35,967 bases of DNA. Origin: a virus. Its lineage: Duplodnaviria > Caudoviricetes. Positions 20,501-29,171 of the stretch are shown in pieces. The stretch lies in the IMG/VR virus record IMGVR_UViG_3300042558_003131, positions 1 through 35,967 of that record; one strand, written 5' to 3'. The position numbers were made by a program, and so were the translations under genes. A model generated the notes under the pieces. The model saw only the letters and a list, made by a program, of their open reading frames with translations, did not search any database and was not told the DNA's origin. Position 1 is the stretch's first letter. Every line of letters starts with the position of its first letter.

Positions 20501-20599
20501 AATGGTACTTGTTGGCAACAGTGATGCTACACTTCCCGTTGTATACGCTGAAATGCTATCATTAAGGTCACCATTTAATGTATCATCTAAATTTCTCAT
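17537..20599 (-). CDS. Ig-like domain virion protein, paralog B
   Basis: LSYVWRNDAG and AGSYTCEISNDIG, then YKNLIVNG...W and QDVDVA; same motif order as 14814-17537. Confidence 0.7.
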   Translation of the reverse strand: MRNLDDTLNGDLNDSISAYTTGSVASLLPTSTINENETSYDLIPVVLNQPPIITVTIGDASRPKIKSSTTANASGKNLYQFPDGTVKVLQDVTFELRIGAIQPNTLNVENGIPVIKQGTEELSYVWRNDAGVVLSDEKASLQSKVTVTKNVIRFERIQPSSAGSYTCEISNDIGTVISEPITIEVLNPDLDAFFYKNLIVNGNATDQINGWDGDVDTFVSREMTKTDTVDLKTPNRVDLFGYNVDMMHPRPYQLEVGVVKGINYEEDFVNKNGGGGYFSRDVYKFEKAGGSFFVKAYQDVDVAPIQDIIKGSVYGMDGVRAVFGCYIGNAISQYIPTKSTALPDQKTNPKNYYLGAPRISLENFLMAGPGYTVDRCYVTIEEYDVESRLISTVLRSDGTSYGEPNTITLMDPWTKTISKYIGEKYYKTDIYKLGVTSLGNRYDATLFAADEFYPNINNRPTHGQYLEFNRLVLERLNPKTTKIRIGLNFYTNDWRIFDNGDYNYTNSDRIFETIGWEKNFKKASFEQKGTSPAEIDFIRSIVGNNPSYKDRPLIEQVPLAPPPRVAITGLSLSLIPIQRQKAAATKYYTSATFNVNSRPQVSIPTALVDTDVFDPKGVLKRNMFVYFQHNSDPEVKFINSTIFQTNTTSIVLKTQMPGVQSTPSRFPAVSGSVFPFVSNDKVLAYGLNSLNFESIMDGIETNVKSYRDLVYANPSGSQPGNAGALSASVATAVRAIKGPITTLKSDFLPPSDSTNNKFALWNEKFRYVLHYLVRESGSIKPLSPGLDNLTPIVNPRSTANNTPSLYYLLVDFKSDKPVVLYKDSSLPGGPTEDTYEFEVKNYDINTFGEFYFDLPEKMLTTPIRKGGLGIPLVTNYTKEVSALDSLIFLKDIKKYPSASLTKNIDRLATSYAVTQDNLNIADQELVKTRFIADIRDYLSDRSNQVSLADLKSNYQVDRLKTSIETGLTIPNPKFTTTLYAVSMAPQIGNIMIGSPFRGRDKDGVTYTLGYPRITDSQTAL

Positions 20600-21690
20600 T
20601 GATTTCTTGAAACCTTAAATATCCAATTTTTGTCGTGAATTTGATAACCATAGGATCCAGAATTTGGAACCTTTAATAGTACTTTGTAGTATCTTTCCGG
20701 TTGAAATCCACTTAGAGGTAAGCTAAAATAATCCCCATTGTTGTCTTTGCTTAGGGTTGTAAAGTTGCTAAAATCAACTATTGCGTCATCTGTTTGAGCA
20801 CTATATATAGCATATTGTGAGCCTGATGGAAGTTTATATCTATCTAGGTATGCTGATGATGTTGCAAATGTTGCTGCTGGATATCGGTATCTTGCTGCAA
20901 ATGCTATTCTAGGAGTTGATGACTCTTTATATTCTGGTTGTAGATTTACACATACGATATTATACGATTCGTTTGTGTCTATGTTAGGTAGTGTTGAGTT
21001 TGTAACGCTTTCGTTAAACTTTGCTTCAACAACTGGTGAATATATGGTATGTGTATCCTTACTGAAGAATTTAATGCTTTTGAAGCTAGATAACGAGCTT
21101 TCGTCTACATACTGTTTTTTTACAATAAAACCTTGAAAGTAAATTGATCCAGATTGTACTTTACGAATTATATCACTTACATCCATATCCACATCCGCTG
21201 CTTTATAGCTAAAAGATTGTGATGCTGCGGAAGATGTATACCAAGCTCCTCCTCCTTTGGTAGTGATGTATGAACCAGTTGATAGAGCTGCAAATGAACT
21301 TGTTGGCCAGGCTGTTGAAGGAGTTGTAAGTCCTTGTCTATAGTACCAACTTACACCTTCTGTGGTTTCTGGTAAATTACCATATCGGCCAATTCCCATA
21401 TTCCAACTCTGTGAAATAGCCCAACACTCTAAAGTATAGTCTAGTGGTATTTCTTGCTCCTCGGTAGCATATAACTTTAGGTTCCAAGTAAAGTTATTAG
21501 GATTAAGACCTAACTCAACTATACTAGCTGACATTGCTGGGTAATCAAAATCTACCAGTATTCTTGAGTTGTAGCTACTAGTAGTATCAACTAATTTTGA
21601 TAACTCTAGAACAGCATCTAACCCTGTATTCTTTTGAGGATACCTTTCGTAGATTGTTGCGTCTTTTTTTGGATAAAATCTTAGTATCAT
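20596..21690 (-). CDS. Putative baseplate-associated protein, DNRLRE/CBM96-like beta-sandwich
   Basis: KDATIYERYPQKNTGLDAVLEL...RILVDFD...LKLY...SQSW...DMDVSDII...GFIVK...FFSKD...P follows the DNRLRE-type pattern; adjacent to gp6. Confidence 0.5.
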   Translation of the reverse strand: MILRFYPKKDATIYERYPQKNTGLDAVLELSKLVDTTSSYNSRILVDFDYPAMSASIVELGLNPNNFTWNLKLYATEEQEIPLDYTLECWAISQSWNMGIGRYGNLPETTEGVSWYYRQGLTTPSTAWPTSSFAALSTGSYITTKGGGAWYTSSAASQSFSYKAADVDMDVSDIIRKVQSGSIYFQGFIVKKQYVDESSLSSFKSIKFFSKDTHTIYSPVVEAKFNESVTNSTLPNIDTNESYNIVCVNLQPEYKESSTPRIAFAARYRYPAATFATSSAYLDRYKLPSGSQYAIYSAQTDDAIVDFSNFTTLSKDNNGDYFSLPLSGFQPERYYKVLLKVPNSGSYGYQIHDKNWIFKVSRNQ

Positions 21691-21691
21691 A

Positions 21692-23584
21692 TTAGAATGT
21701 TGCTATGCGTCCTTTAATGTCGTTATCTGGGAACTTTACTTCAAAAATTGCTGGGTCTAGGCTTGGATAAATAATACCATTTCTAGTTGCAGCTTCTATA
21801 TTATATACTACATTACTGTAGTCTTGTAATTCATCATTTAAGTTTTTAATTCGTACACCAGTTACGGTTTGTACACCCTTTGCTCTTAGTAGTATATTAT
21901 AAATGTCGCCATACACTATAGGTTGGTTTATCTGCCACTTATCTATTTCAAAGAACTCTTTTAGTAACGCAATACAATTTAGTATTGCCTCGTTTGCATT
22001 AAAGCTGGGTAATGCAATGATATCAAAATCAACTCCTATATTAATAATATAAGCGTTTCGTATATTGATACTATCAGTCAACATCCTATATTGTGATAGG
22101 TATGTTTTTAAGTTTTCTTTTATTGCACGGTTTGCTGTTACACACTGCTTGTTATTGTTGTATCCTAACACATACATATTCATAGCTAAGGGATTAGCTA
22201 CTGTGTCATCAACTTCTGACGTTCCTATGTTTGCCTGCTCATCCGGTGTGATAAACACTTTAGCCACACTTCCATATACATTTGGCATAGCATATGCTCT
22301 TACAATATAATCTTCTCTTGTTACAGCTCTATTTTGTGATGTAAATTGTGCTAATGTGTTTTGTCTTATCTCATCTAACGTTTCCAGACTTCGTCCACCC
22401 ATTGCTGCAGTAGAGTTGTTGATTGCTAAAGAGTTAAGAATGTTTGCGTTTAATGCTCCGGTTGATGATGGAAAGTTGTTTGTATTGGCACTTGTTGCTA
22501 CTACCTCTGTAATTGTATTACTTGGAACATTAGAAGCTATTCCTCCACCAACTAGATATGTAACTGTTAGTGTTGTATTTGACGGTGCAATTCCATAAGC
22601 AGTCGTAAATATAGGTGATTGTGGATCAATTGATACATCAATGTCATCTTTTCCTGTTGGTAACTTTAATCCTATATTCTCAGGAGTTGCTAGTAGTTCT
22701 TCGTCTGGTGATGATGATACACCTGCTCCAAATTGAACCTCTAATCCCGTTTCAGTTACTCTTGCTACAAATCGACGAGGTACTCTTTTAAGCTTAAGTA
22801 GGTATGGCGTTTCTTCACTATACACTGCTGCATCTGGATCATTGAATCTTGTGTTTTCTACTTTTTCAAAAATGGTATCTTGAGCCAAGTAAGGTACTTC
22901 GTACCAAGTATTGCCATCTGCGTCAACGATGCTATCAATTCCAATTAAGGTACTATCCTCTATTTGGAATTTAAAAAACTTTTGAGTACCACCAACCACT
23001 ATGTCTACGGTTTTTGGTTGTGCTGATATTGCTTTTACTGTCTTTTTAGCTAAATAGTAGTTAGGTGCATTATTATTATCTACTGTGTATATTGAGATTT
23101 CAGTTGGAGAATAAATATTGTTAACAGAAAAATCAACATCCTCTTGCACTAAGAACTCAACATTGCCTGCTGTACTCCTACCTCTCATCCCAGCTGGAAC
23201 CTTAAGTGCATACCTTAAGTCATGAACAAAGTTTTCTTGACTTCCGGAAGCAGGGAATAGCTGATATACATCCACATCTACTTGAGATGGAACACTAATC
23301 TTTGGTTTGTATCCCATAGCAGCTGCTATAGATAGTATATTTCTACGCTCTGTAGCGTGTAGTAATAGTGTTTCTTTAAATTCAGAGTCAATGTAATAAT
23401 TAAGAACGTCACCAATATACGAAGCCATCTCAATGAACATCATTCCTGGTGATGCTTCATTAAAGTCATTATAGGTGTCTGGGTAGTAGGTTTTTGTAAA
23501 CTCCACTAAACCCTTCTTTAGGGAGTCAAAATCCCTTCCCAAGTACTTTATGTCTTTTGATGTCGTTTTCGATATGTTAGCCAT
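21692..23584 (-). CDS. Baseplate wedge subunit, T4 gp6/P2 gpJ-like
   Basis: RDFDSLK, ASPGMMFIEMASYIGDVLNYY, AMGYKP, VQFGAGV, YLVGGG, GGRSLETLDEIR, SQNRAVTREDY are characteristic of gp6-family proteins. Confidence 0.92.
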   Translation of the reverse strand: MANISKTTSKDIKYLGRDFDSLKKGLVEFTKTYYPDTYNDFNEASPGMMFIEMASYIGDVLNYYIDSEFKETLLLHATERRNILSIAAAMGYKPKISVPSQVDVDVYQLFPASGSQENFVHDLRYALKVPAGMRGRSTAGNVEFLVQEDVDFSVNNIYSPTEISIYTVDNNNAPNYYLAKKTVKAISAQPKTVDIVVGGTQKFFKFQIEDSTLIGIDSIVDADGNTWYEVPYLAQDTIFEKVENTRFNDPDAAVYSEETPYLLKLKRVPRRFVARVTETGLEVQFGAGVSSSPDEELLATPENIGLKLPTGKDDIDVSIDPQSPIFTTAYGIAPSNTTLTVTYLVGGGIASNVPSNTITEVVATSANTNNFPSSTGALNANILNSLAINNSTAAMGGRSLETLDEIRQNTLAQFTSQNRAVTREDYIVRAYAMPNVYGSVAKVFITPDEQANIGTSEVDDTVANPLAMNMYVLGYNNNKQCVTANRAIKENLKTYLSQYRMLTDSINIRNAYIINIGVDFDIIALPSFNANEAILNCIALLKEFFEIDKWQINQPIVYGDIYNILLRAKGVQTVTGVRIKNLNDELQDYSNVVYNIEAATRNGIIYPSLDPAIFEVKFPDNDIKGRIATF

Positions 23585-24008
23585 TCTGTTGTGTGTTTAT
23601 GATCTCAAGTTGTATTGATCTCGTGTCTACCTGATTACCCGCAAGACTAATAGATAATACTATATTTACGCGGTTAGCGTCGGTATCTTCATCAATGGTA
23701 AACTTATTAATAAATATGTAAGGTAACCAATATTCAAAGCTTGTTCTAATGCGATTTTCGATATCCACCATTAGCTCCTCTGTTATGTTTTGAAATAATG
23801 TTTTACGTAAATCACAACCAAAGTCTGGTTGCATTACACGCTCTCCTCTATTTGTTAGTAATAAGTTTTTTGCGTTTGCTACAGCTTGATCTATTGATAA
23901 ATAATTTAGTTTGAAAGAAGTTCCCGAACTAGAGTTCATAGGTAAATCAATACCAATCGCTGTATTCAGTTCAAAATCAATCGGGTTTATTCTTACTTCT
24001 ATTGCCAT
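23577..24008 (-). CDS. Baseplate wedge subunit, gp25/GPW-like
   Basis: NLLLTNRGERVMQPDFGCDL...LF motif; 143 aa; directly upstream of gp6. Confidence 0.92.
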   Translation of the reverse strand: MAIEVRINPIDFELNTAIGIDLPMNSSSGTSFKLNYLSIDQAVANAKNLLLTNRGERVMQPDFGCDLRKTLFQNITEELMVDIENRIRTSFEYWLPYIFINKFTIDEDTDANRVNIVLSISLAGNQVDTRSIQLEIINTQQNG

Positions 24009-24490
24009 TATCTACCCATACTATGTTGATCAGCTGCTTTCAATACTGCTGAATAATCTTTCATAAACGCTCTTGTTGGATCACTATATCCACCAGCCTC
24101 TGGAAGTGGTGCATCATCATCCATCATTGCAGATAGACTTGACATACTTTGTACTCCCATTTGAGCATGATCTGCTGTAAGAGCTCCTCCATTCATATCT
24201 GGCCATTCCTCTTCCTCTTGTGGTTGTGCTATCATTGATTCATATGTTTCGTTTAACAAACTTGCCAATGGACCTTCAAATATTGGAGGTGTAATTGCCG
24301 GCTTTCTTGTTGGAGTTGGTACCTTTGGTGTTTTGGCTGGCAATCCTTGTCTAAGGGATGCGTTCAATCCTCCTTGTTGTGCGGTTTCCTTCAGAAGTGG
24401 TTTAATCGTTCTTAGTTCTTCTCGAACAATTGAACGAACTTCTTCGCGTATAACCTTGCGCATTAAATTTACAAAATCAGATGCTTTCAT
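24008..24490 (-). CDS. Hypothetical protein (late-type)
   Basis: Intact ORF; N-terminal helical repeat VIREEV/IVREEL, Pro-rich linker, acidic C-terminus; TAATG coupling to gp25. Confidence 0.75.
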   Translation of the reverse strand: MKASDFVNLMRKVIREEVRSIVREELRTIKPLLKETAQQGGLNASLRQGLPAKTPKVPTPTRKPAITPPIFEGPLASLLNETYESMIAQPQEEEEWPDMNGGALTADHAQMGVQSMSSLSAMMDDDAPLPEAGGYSDPTRAFMKDYSAVLKAADQHSMGR

Positions 24491-24502
24491 GTTGTTTTTA
24501 TA

Positions 24503-24511
24503 TATAAATAG
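24503..24511 (-). promoter_or_regulatory. Putative late promoter CTATTTATA
   Basis: Recurring motif, 12 nt upstream of the ATG at 24490. Confidence 0.7.
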
Positions 24512-24519
24512 TTACGTTT

Positions 24520-27500
24520 TTAGATGTAGCCTTGAAATGGTATAGGTGGTATTCCAGTATTTGCTGGTGGTATTATAAGTCCAGTCATTGTCTTAAGTTG
24601 AAGCTCTAAACTAGTAGCAATCTCTTGTACGAGTCCCGTTGCTCCATCCTCCGGCAGCGCTTTAATTTTCTTAAATGCTCCGATGTTTAGTGTTAAGTGA
24701 GTTGATCCGGTACTACCTTGCCAGGTTGTTCCAGTCCAAAAGGCTCGTGCAGCTAGATCTAAAGCAATTCCCATAAATATTGCTTCTACATTGACGAGTT
24801 TATCTTTTATTTTTTCTAAATCAATATCATGTGCCTCTACAATTTCTTCTAATTTCTTCTTAATCAAAGCTTTTTGTTTAGCAATAAACAACTTTATATT
24901 CTTATTAAGGAACAAGAAAAATTGATCTGTTAGTTCGGTTAACTCTGACAATAAAAAAGCTACTAAGGATTGCTTTCTATCTATACACAGTCTCCATTCC
25001 TCCATCTTTTTGTGATGCTTTGGATTATTTCCTATTGGATTTTCTGTGTAAGTTTTAATCAACTCTAGAGTTTTACCTAGATACTTGGTTTCTAGTCTAC
25101 TCAAAAACCCAAACACTTCTAGGCTCTGAAATGCTTGTGATATTTTTGTAACCGCTTCAGCACTTCTTACTACATCAATAACTGCCTTACCTAAAGCTTT
25201 TGGATCTTTTATTGGTGTATTAAATATTAACATAAGTTGATTCCATCCTGCTGCATAAGGAGCACCACTTTGTTGTAGTGATAAGGTAAAAGCATCTAAA
25301 TCTTCTTTAAAGCCTTGTTTATTTTTTAAAGCATCAAACACGCCTTTCAAGAGTGTTATAAATCCAGTCACAAAAGCGTCTATAGTAGCCAACTCCTTCA
25401 TCTTAAGCATAAAAGCTTGCTCCTCCTCAAATAGTTGCTTTGATGGACCATCTTGCTCTTTCTTATAACTAAAATAGCCACTTACAATATTTTGAATATG
25501 TATTTCGTTTGCTGGGAATTTGTAGTTTTTATCTTCAACAAGATTTTTAGATAGTCCTGATACTCCTCTTGCAATCTTGACAATTATAACTCCTAGTTTT
25601 TGATAATGCTTTGCCTGCTCTATTAGATCTTCCGCTTTTCTTCGTTTAGCATCAATGATTTGCTTTTTTATTTGAACGTCTGCATACTTGTTGGCGTAAT
25701 ACCCATTTAGTGGTATTAGGTTTAACAAGTAAGACTCTACATCTTTTTCAAATTTAGCAAGTTTATTCTCTATATAAGCTTTAACCTTATCAAATATCTT
25801 TTTTGCAAATTTTTTTACTTTTTCAATAATTGGTTTTAAATATGTAATAAGATCCATAAACAGGCTCATCAATGATATGCCTGCCCCAACTGCAAATCTT
25901 CCTACTGCAGTCTTTTTTAATTGATTGCCTTTACTTTTTGCCCATGCTACCTTCTTACCAACTGGACCCTTTCCTTCAGAAAGCTCTTGAAGCATTGTTA
26001 GTAAATCCTGAGCATCCTCTACCATATCCTCTATAGTAAGTTTATAAGATTGAAATTGACTTCTTTTTGTTTCAAACAAACGCTTGAAAGTTTGAAGATC
26101 AGTTTTACTATCTGAAATTACCTTTAATGCTGTTTTTGAGAAATCTCCTAACCCCATTTCATTCATATAGGTATAAACCTCCTCGCTCGTGGGACCTGGT
26201 GATTGTTGATTTTTTAATGCATTTTTTCTGAGCTCTCTAGTTCTTTGTAAGTCAGCAGTACTATCAATACGTCTTTCATATCCTTGTATTTTATCCAGTG
26301 GATTAGCTGTTGACAGTAGTGGTGCTTCTAGTGGGTTGTCTGGGGTGATGTCTTCTATGTTTAGAGGTATTAAAGGTTGTGCTGCTCTATCTGCTAATTG
26401 TTTTTTGGCTTGTTTTGTAAGGTCTTTATACTTAGAAACACTAGCAGTTACATCTGCTTTGAGCAGTACTAATTCATTTTTAATATTATCAAATTCAGTT
26501 ACTAAATCCTTCTGCAGTGTGATTGTCTGTTTTACTAGCGTATCTGTTTTTGTAATTATCTTTTGAATTATCTCTATTTCTTTTTTCTTTTCTTTAAGAT
26601 GTTCTGCATTATTCTCTTTAAACTCTTTTACTTTTTTTGTAGCTTTTTTGTAAAGATTAGCCGCCATACTATTATCCACCTTTACCGATAGCTCTGTTAC
26701 TTTATCTTCTAATTTCTGTCTAATTGTATCTAGCTTTGGTTGAATGTAAAGTTGTATTTCAGCCTTTTTGCCTTCTATTTGCATTTTTAACTTTTGAATT
26801 TCAGGCTTTACAAATCGCTCAACCGCATCTAATTTTTGCATACCTCGATACAATCTATTTACCTTTGGATTCTTTCTTGCTAACCTCTCTACATAGTTTA
26901 TAAAACCGGGTGGATCCAAAACTATCTTTGCTAGCTCCTGAAAAGAAAGAACAATCTCTAAAAGCTTATCCGCAACATACACTTTAATGTCACCAAACTT
27001 AGTATCACTGTTTGTTGATGTACCCATTACAGCTTGACCTTTTAGTCTAGTTATAGTTTGTTTTGTATTTTTTATTAAATCTGGTATCTTTGCAAAGTCG
27101 CTAAAGTTTTTAATTTCAAAACTCTTTAAACTTTCTATAAGCCCTAACTCTTGTTGAAATATAGATTTGAATCTATCTTCGTCAACTCCTAAAGATTTTG
27201 ATTCCTCTTTTAAATTTGAAAAAAAAGTTTGTAGTTCTTTAATCTTAGCCTTTTCCTCTCCTATAATTTCCTTAACACCCTCTACTACTTCTTTTGTATA
27301 TTTTGGTATGTTTTTTAGTTCAACAGAAGCTTGCTTTAGTTGTGTTGCTAGTTCAGTTATTTCTTGCTTTTTTTGTTTAAGTCTATTTGTTGTTTGTACA
27401 ATACTATCCTTAAGTCCTAGAATAGCACCCTTTGTTGTCTTTATATCTTTTGCTAAAAAGTAGGCATTTAATACTGTAAGCATTGCCTGCTTTTTTATTG

Positions 27501-27726
27501 GATTAACCTTAACGCCACTTACTCCTATAGCAAAGGGAGGGGGTGCCAGTGGATTAAGACCAGGTGCTGGTAATGTTGGTGGTACACCTACGGGCATTCC
27601 GTCCTTCACAGTATCGAGATAATACTTAACAATAGCAGAAGCAAAATCTTCTGCTCCTTTAATCCTACCTTCATTAAGGTCAGCTGTTAAGGGCTTTGTA
27701 AATTTTTCTTGAAAGTTTAAAGCCAT
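24520..27726 (-). CDS. Long Lys-rich alpha-helical/coiled-coil protein (tape-measure or ejection protein candidate)
   Basis: 1068 aa, K/E/L/I-rich helical core bounded by Pro/Gly-rich termini; lies between the spike/lysin genes and gp25. The CDS is secure, the function is speculative. Confidence 0.45.
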   Translation of the reverse strand: MALNFQEKFTKPLTADLNEGRIKGAEDFASAIVKYYLDTVKDGMPVGVPPTLPAPGLNPLAPPPFAIGVSGVKVNPIKKQAMLTVLNAYFLAKDIKTTKGAILGLKDSIVQTTNRLKQKKQEITELATQLKQASVELKNIPKYTKEVVEGVKEIIGEEKAKIKELQTFFSNLKEESKSLGVDEDRFKSIFQQELGLIESLKSFEIKNFSDFAKIPDLIKNTKQTITRLKGQAVMGTSTNSDTKFGDIKVYVADKLLEIVLSFQELAKIVLDPPGFINYVERLARKNPKVNRLYRGMQKLDAVERFVKPEIQKLKMQIEGKKAEIQLYIQPKLDTIRQKLEDKVTELSVKVDNSMAANLYKKATKKVKEFKENNAEHLKEKKKEIEIIQKIITKTDTLVKQTITLQKDLVTEFDNIKNELVLLKADVTASVSKYKDLTKQAKKQLADRAAQPLIPLNIEDITPDNPLEAPLLSTANPLDKIQGYERRIDSTADLQRTRELRKNALKNQQSPGPTSEEVYTYMNEMGLGDFSKTALKVISDSKTDLQTFKRLFETKRSQFQSYKLTIEDMVEDAQDLLTMLQELSEGKGPVGKKVAWAKSKGNQLKKTAVGRFAVGAGISLMSLFMDLITYLKPIIEKVKKFAKKIFDKVKAYIENKLAKFEKDVESYLLNLIPLNGYYANKYADVQIKKQIIDAKRRKAEDLIEQAKHYQKLGVIIVKIARGVSGLSKNLVEDKNYKFPANEIHIQNIVSGYFSYKKEQDGPSKQLFEEEQAFMLKMKELATIDAFVTGFITLLKGVFDALKNKQGFKEDLDAFTLSLQQSGAPYAAGWNQLMLIFNTPIKDPKALGKAVIDVVRSAEAVTKISQAFQSLEVFGFLSRLETKYLGKTLELIKTYTENPIGNNPKHHKKMEEWRLCIDRKQSLVAFLLSELTELTDQFFLFLNKNIKLFIAKQKALIKKKLEEIVEAHDIDLEKIKDKLVNVEAIFMGIALDLAARAFWTGTTWQGSTGSTHLTLNIGAFKKIKALPEDGATGLVQEIATSLELQLKTMTGLIIPPANTGIPPIPFQGYI

Positions 27727-27731
27727 TACGT

Positions 27732-29168
27732 TTAGGTTGTTGATGCATTTCCTTTAAATGGACCTGCAGATTGCCAATCTACTGCATTAGTTCCACTGTG
27801 CCATGTTGCATGTGATTTAGGTACTAACGTATAAGGTCCTGTTACACAACTTTGAGTAGTACCATTTTTGTTTTTCTTAGGCTTATTAGGTGGGTAGTAT
27901 TCCCAATGCCAATCTTCTGACGATACAGCTCTTAAGAATCCATAAGTGTGTGCGTTCTTTGCCATCCACAAATAGGTTGCTGGTTTAGCACTAATATCCA
28001 TTGCTATACCATTACCGTGATTAGACGATCCTGGAGGTGCTGTTTGTGGACTAAAAGCTGTTGCTTTTGCATTTAGTAGATAATCTTCGTTAGTATTGCC
28101 TTTAGGTACTGCATTGTTTTTTCTACAGCCATACTGTGTGTATGGGTTTATAGTTTTTCCGCTCTTTGTTTTAAGTCCTCCTTCAATCTTGAATGGTGGT
28201 CTAAAATCTGAACCTATTTTAAGCTCGGCACCTATTTCTTTTTTGCAAGCTTGATACATTGCTTCAAACGCTGTTGCAACATCCTCCTTTAAAAGCTTTG
28301 TTCCTTGATGTGGTAAATTTACAAGTTGAATTGGTACTTTTGCGTTGTTTGGTACAGTACCTACTATATAGTCAAAGTTACCTGGATTTGTGAACTCTGT
28401 ACCTCCCGTAAGACTATGAGTTATTACTTTATCCACTGTTATAGTAACTTGATCAGGTAATAACTCTTTTTGTAAAAATATAGAAACCACCTTTGCTACA
28501 CTTTCTTCTTTTTTTACCTTATTCTTTAGCTGCTGCACTCCTACATAGTATAGAGCTTGTGTTTGTGGATTACCGTATGGTATAAACCCATAAAGAATGC
28601 TGTTGTTATAAATCCAAGTTAAAATGTCTGGTTTAATATTTTCTTTTGGACCTACTACTACTAAATTACCTGTTTGTCTAGGATCAAGTCCTGGATAATT
28701 AGGAAAAGGTAGTACATCAAAATCTTCCTCCGGACTTTTAAATGCAGTATAGAGCGGTGTAGTAAAATCAGATGGTTTTAATGACTTAATATAAGTCTCA
28801 AGTTTTGGATAAGAATCTGCTGGAAAGGTTGATCCCGTTGGTGGTGGAGGTGGTGTTGATCCGGTTGGATTAGTTGATCCACTTGGTGTTGAAGATGCTG
28901 GTTTTACTCCTAAAATATCTTCTATCTTTGCTTTAGGATCCAGCATTGATGCTATTAATGGAGTACCATCTCCTTGTTTGTTTTTTACAAGTTTTCTTAG
29001 TTCGTCTGTAACTTCAAACTTGGATAAATAGCCCTGCTGTGCAACTAAGTCTACAGCTTTATCGCGCTTTAAGGCTGCTTGCATTTGTACAAAATACGCA
29101 TACGCTTCTGTGTTTATTACAGCAGTACCTCCAGGTACTTGCCCTAACTTACCTTGTAAATTTGCCAT
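27732..29168 (-). CDS. M15/VanY-like zinc peptidase (peptidoglycan hydrolase) with a degenerate N-terminal duplicate domain
   Basis: C-terminal domain: AFEAMYQA, IGSDFR, APPGSSNHGNGIAMDI (SxH-x6-D), WMAKNAHTYGF, EDWHWEY (ExWH). Confidence 0.88.
   Translation of the reverse strand: MANLQGKLGQVPGGTAVINTEAYAYFVQMQAALKRDKAVDLVAQQGYLSKFEVTDELRKLVKNKQGDGTPLIASMLDPKAKIEDILGVKPASSTPSGSTNPTGSTPPPPPTGSTFPADSYPKLETYIKSLKPSDFTTPLYTAFKSPEEDFDVLPFPNYPGLDPRQTGNLVVVGPKENIKPDILTWIYNNSILYGFIPYGNPQTQALYYVGVQQLKNKVKKEESVAKVVSIFLQKELLPDQVTITVDKVITHSLTGGTEFTNPGNFDYIVGTVPNNAKVPIQLVNLPHQGTKLLKEDVATAFEAMYQACKKEIGAELKIGSDFRPPFKIEGGLKTKSGKTINPYTQYGCRKNNAVPKGNTNEDYLLNAKATAFSPQTAPPGSSNHGNGIAMDISAKPATYLWMAKNAHTYGFLRAVSSEDWHWEYYPPNKPKKNKNGTTQSCVTGPYTLVPKSHATWHSGTNAVDWQSAGPFKGNASTT
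28829..28893 (-). repeat. Low-complexity Ser/Thr/Pro linker repeat
   Basis: Repeated gttgatcc units on the plus strand encode STPSGSTNPTGSTPPPPPTGST. Confidence 0.7.
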
Positions 29169-29171
29169 ATA

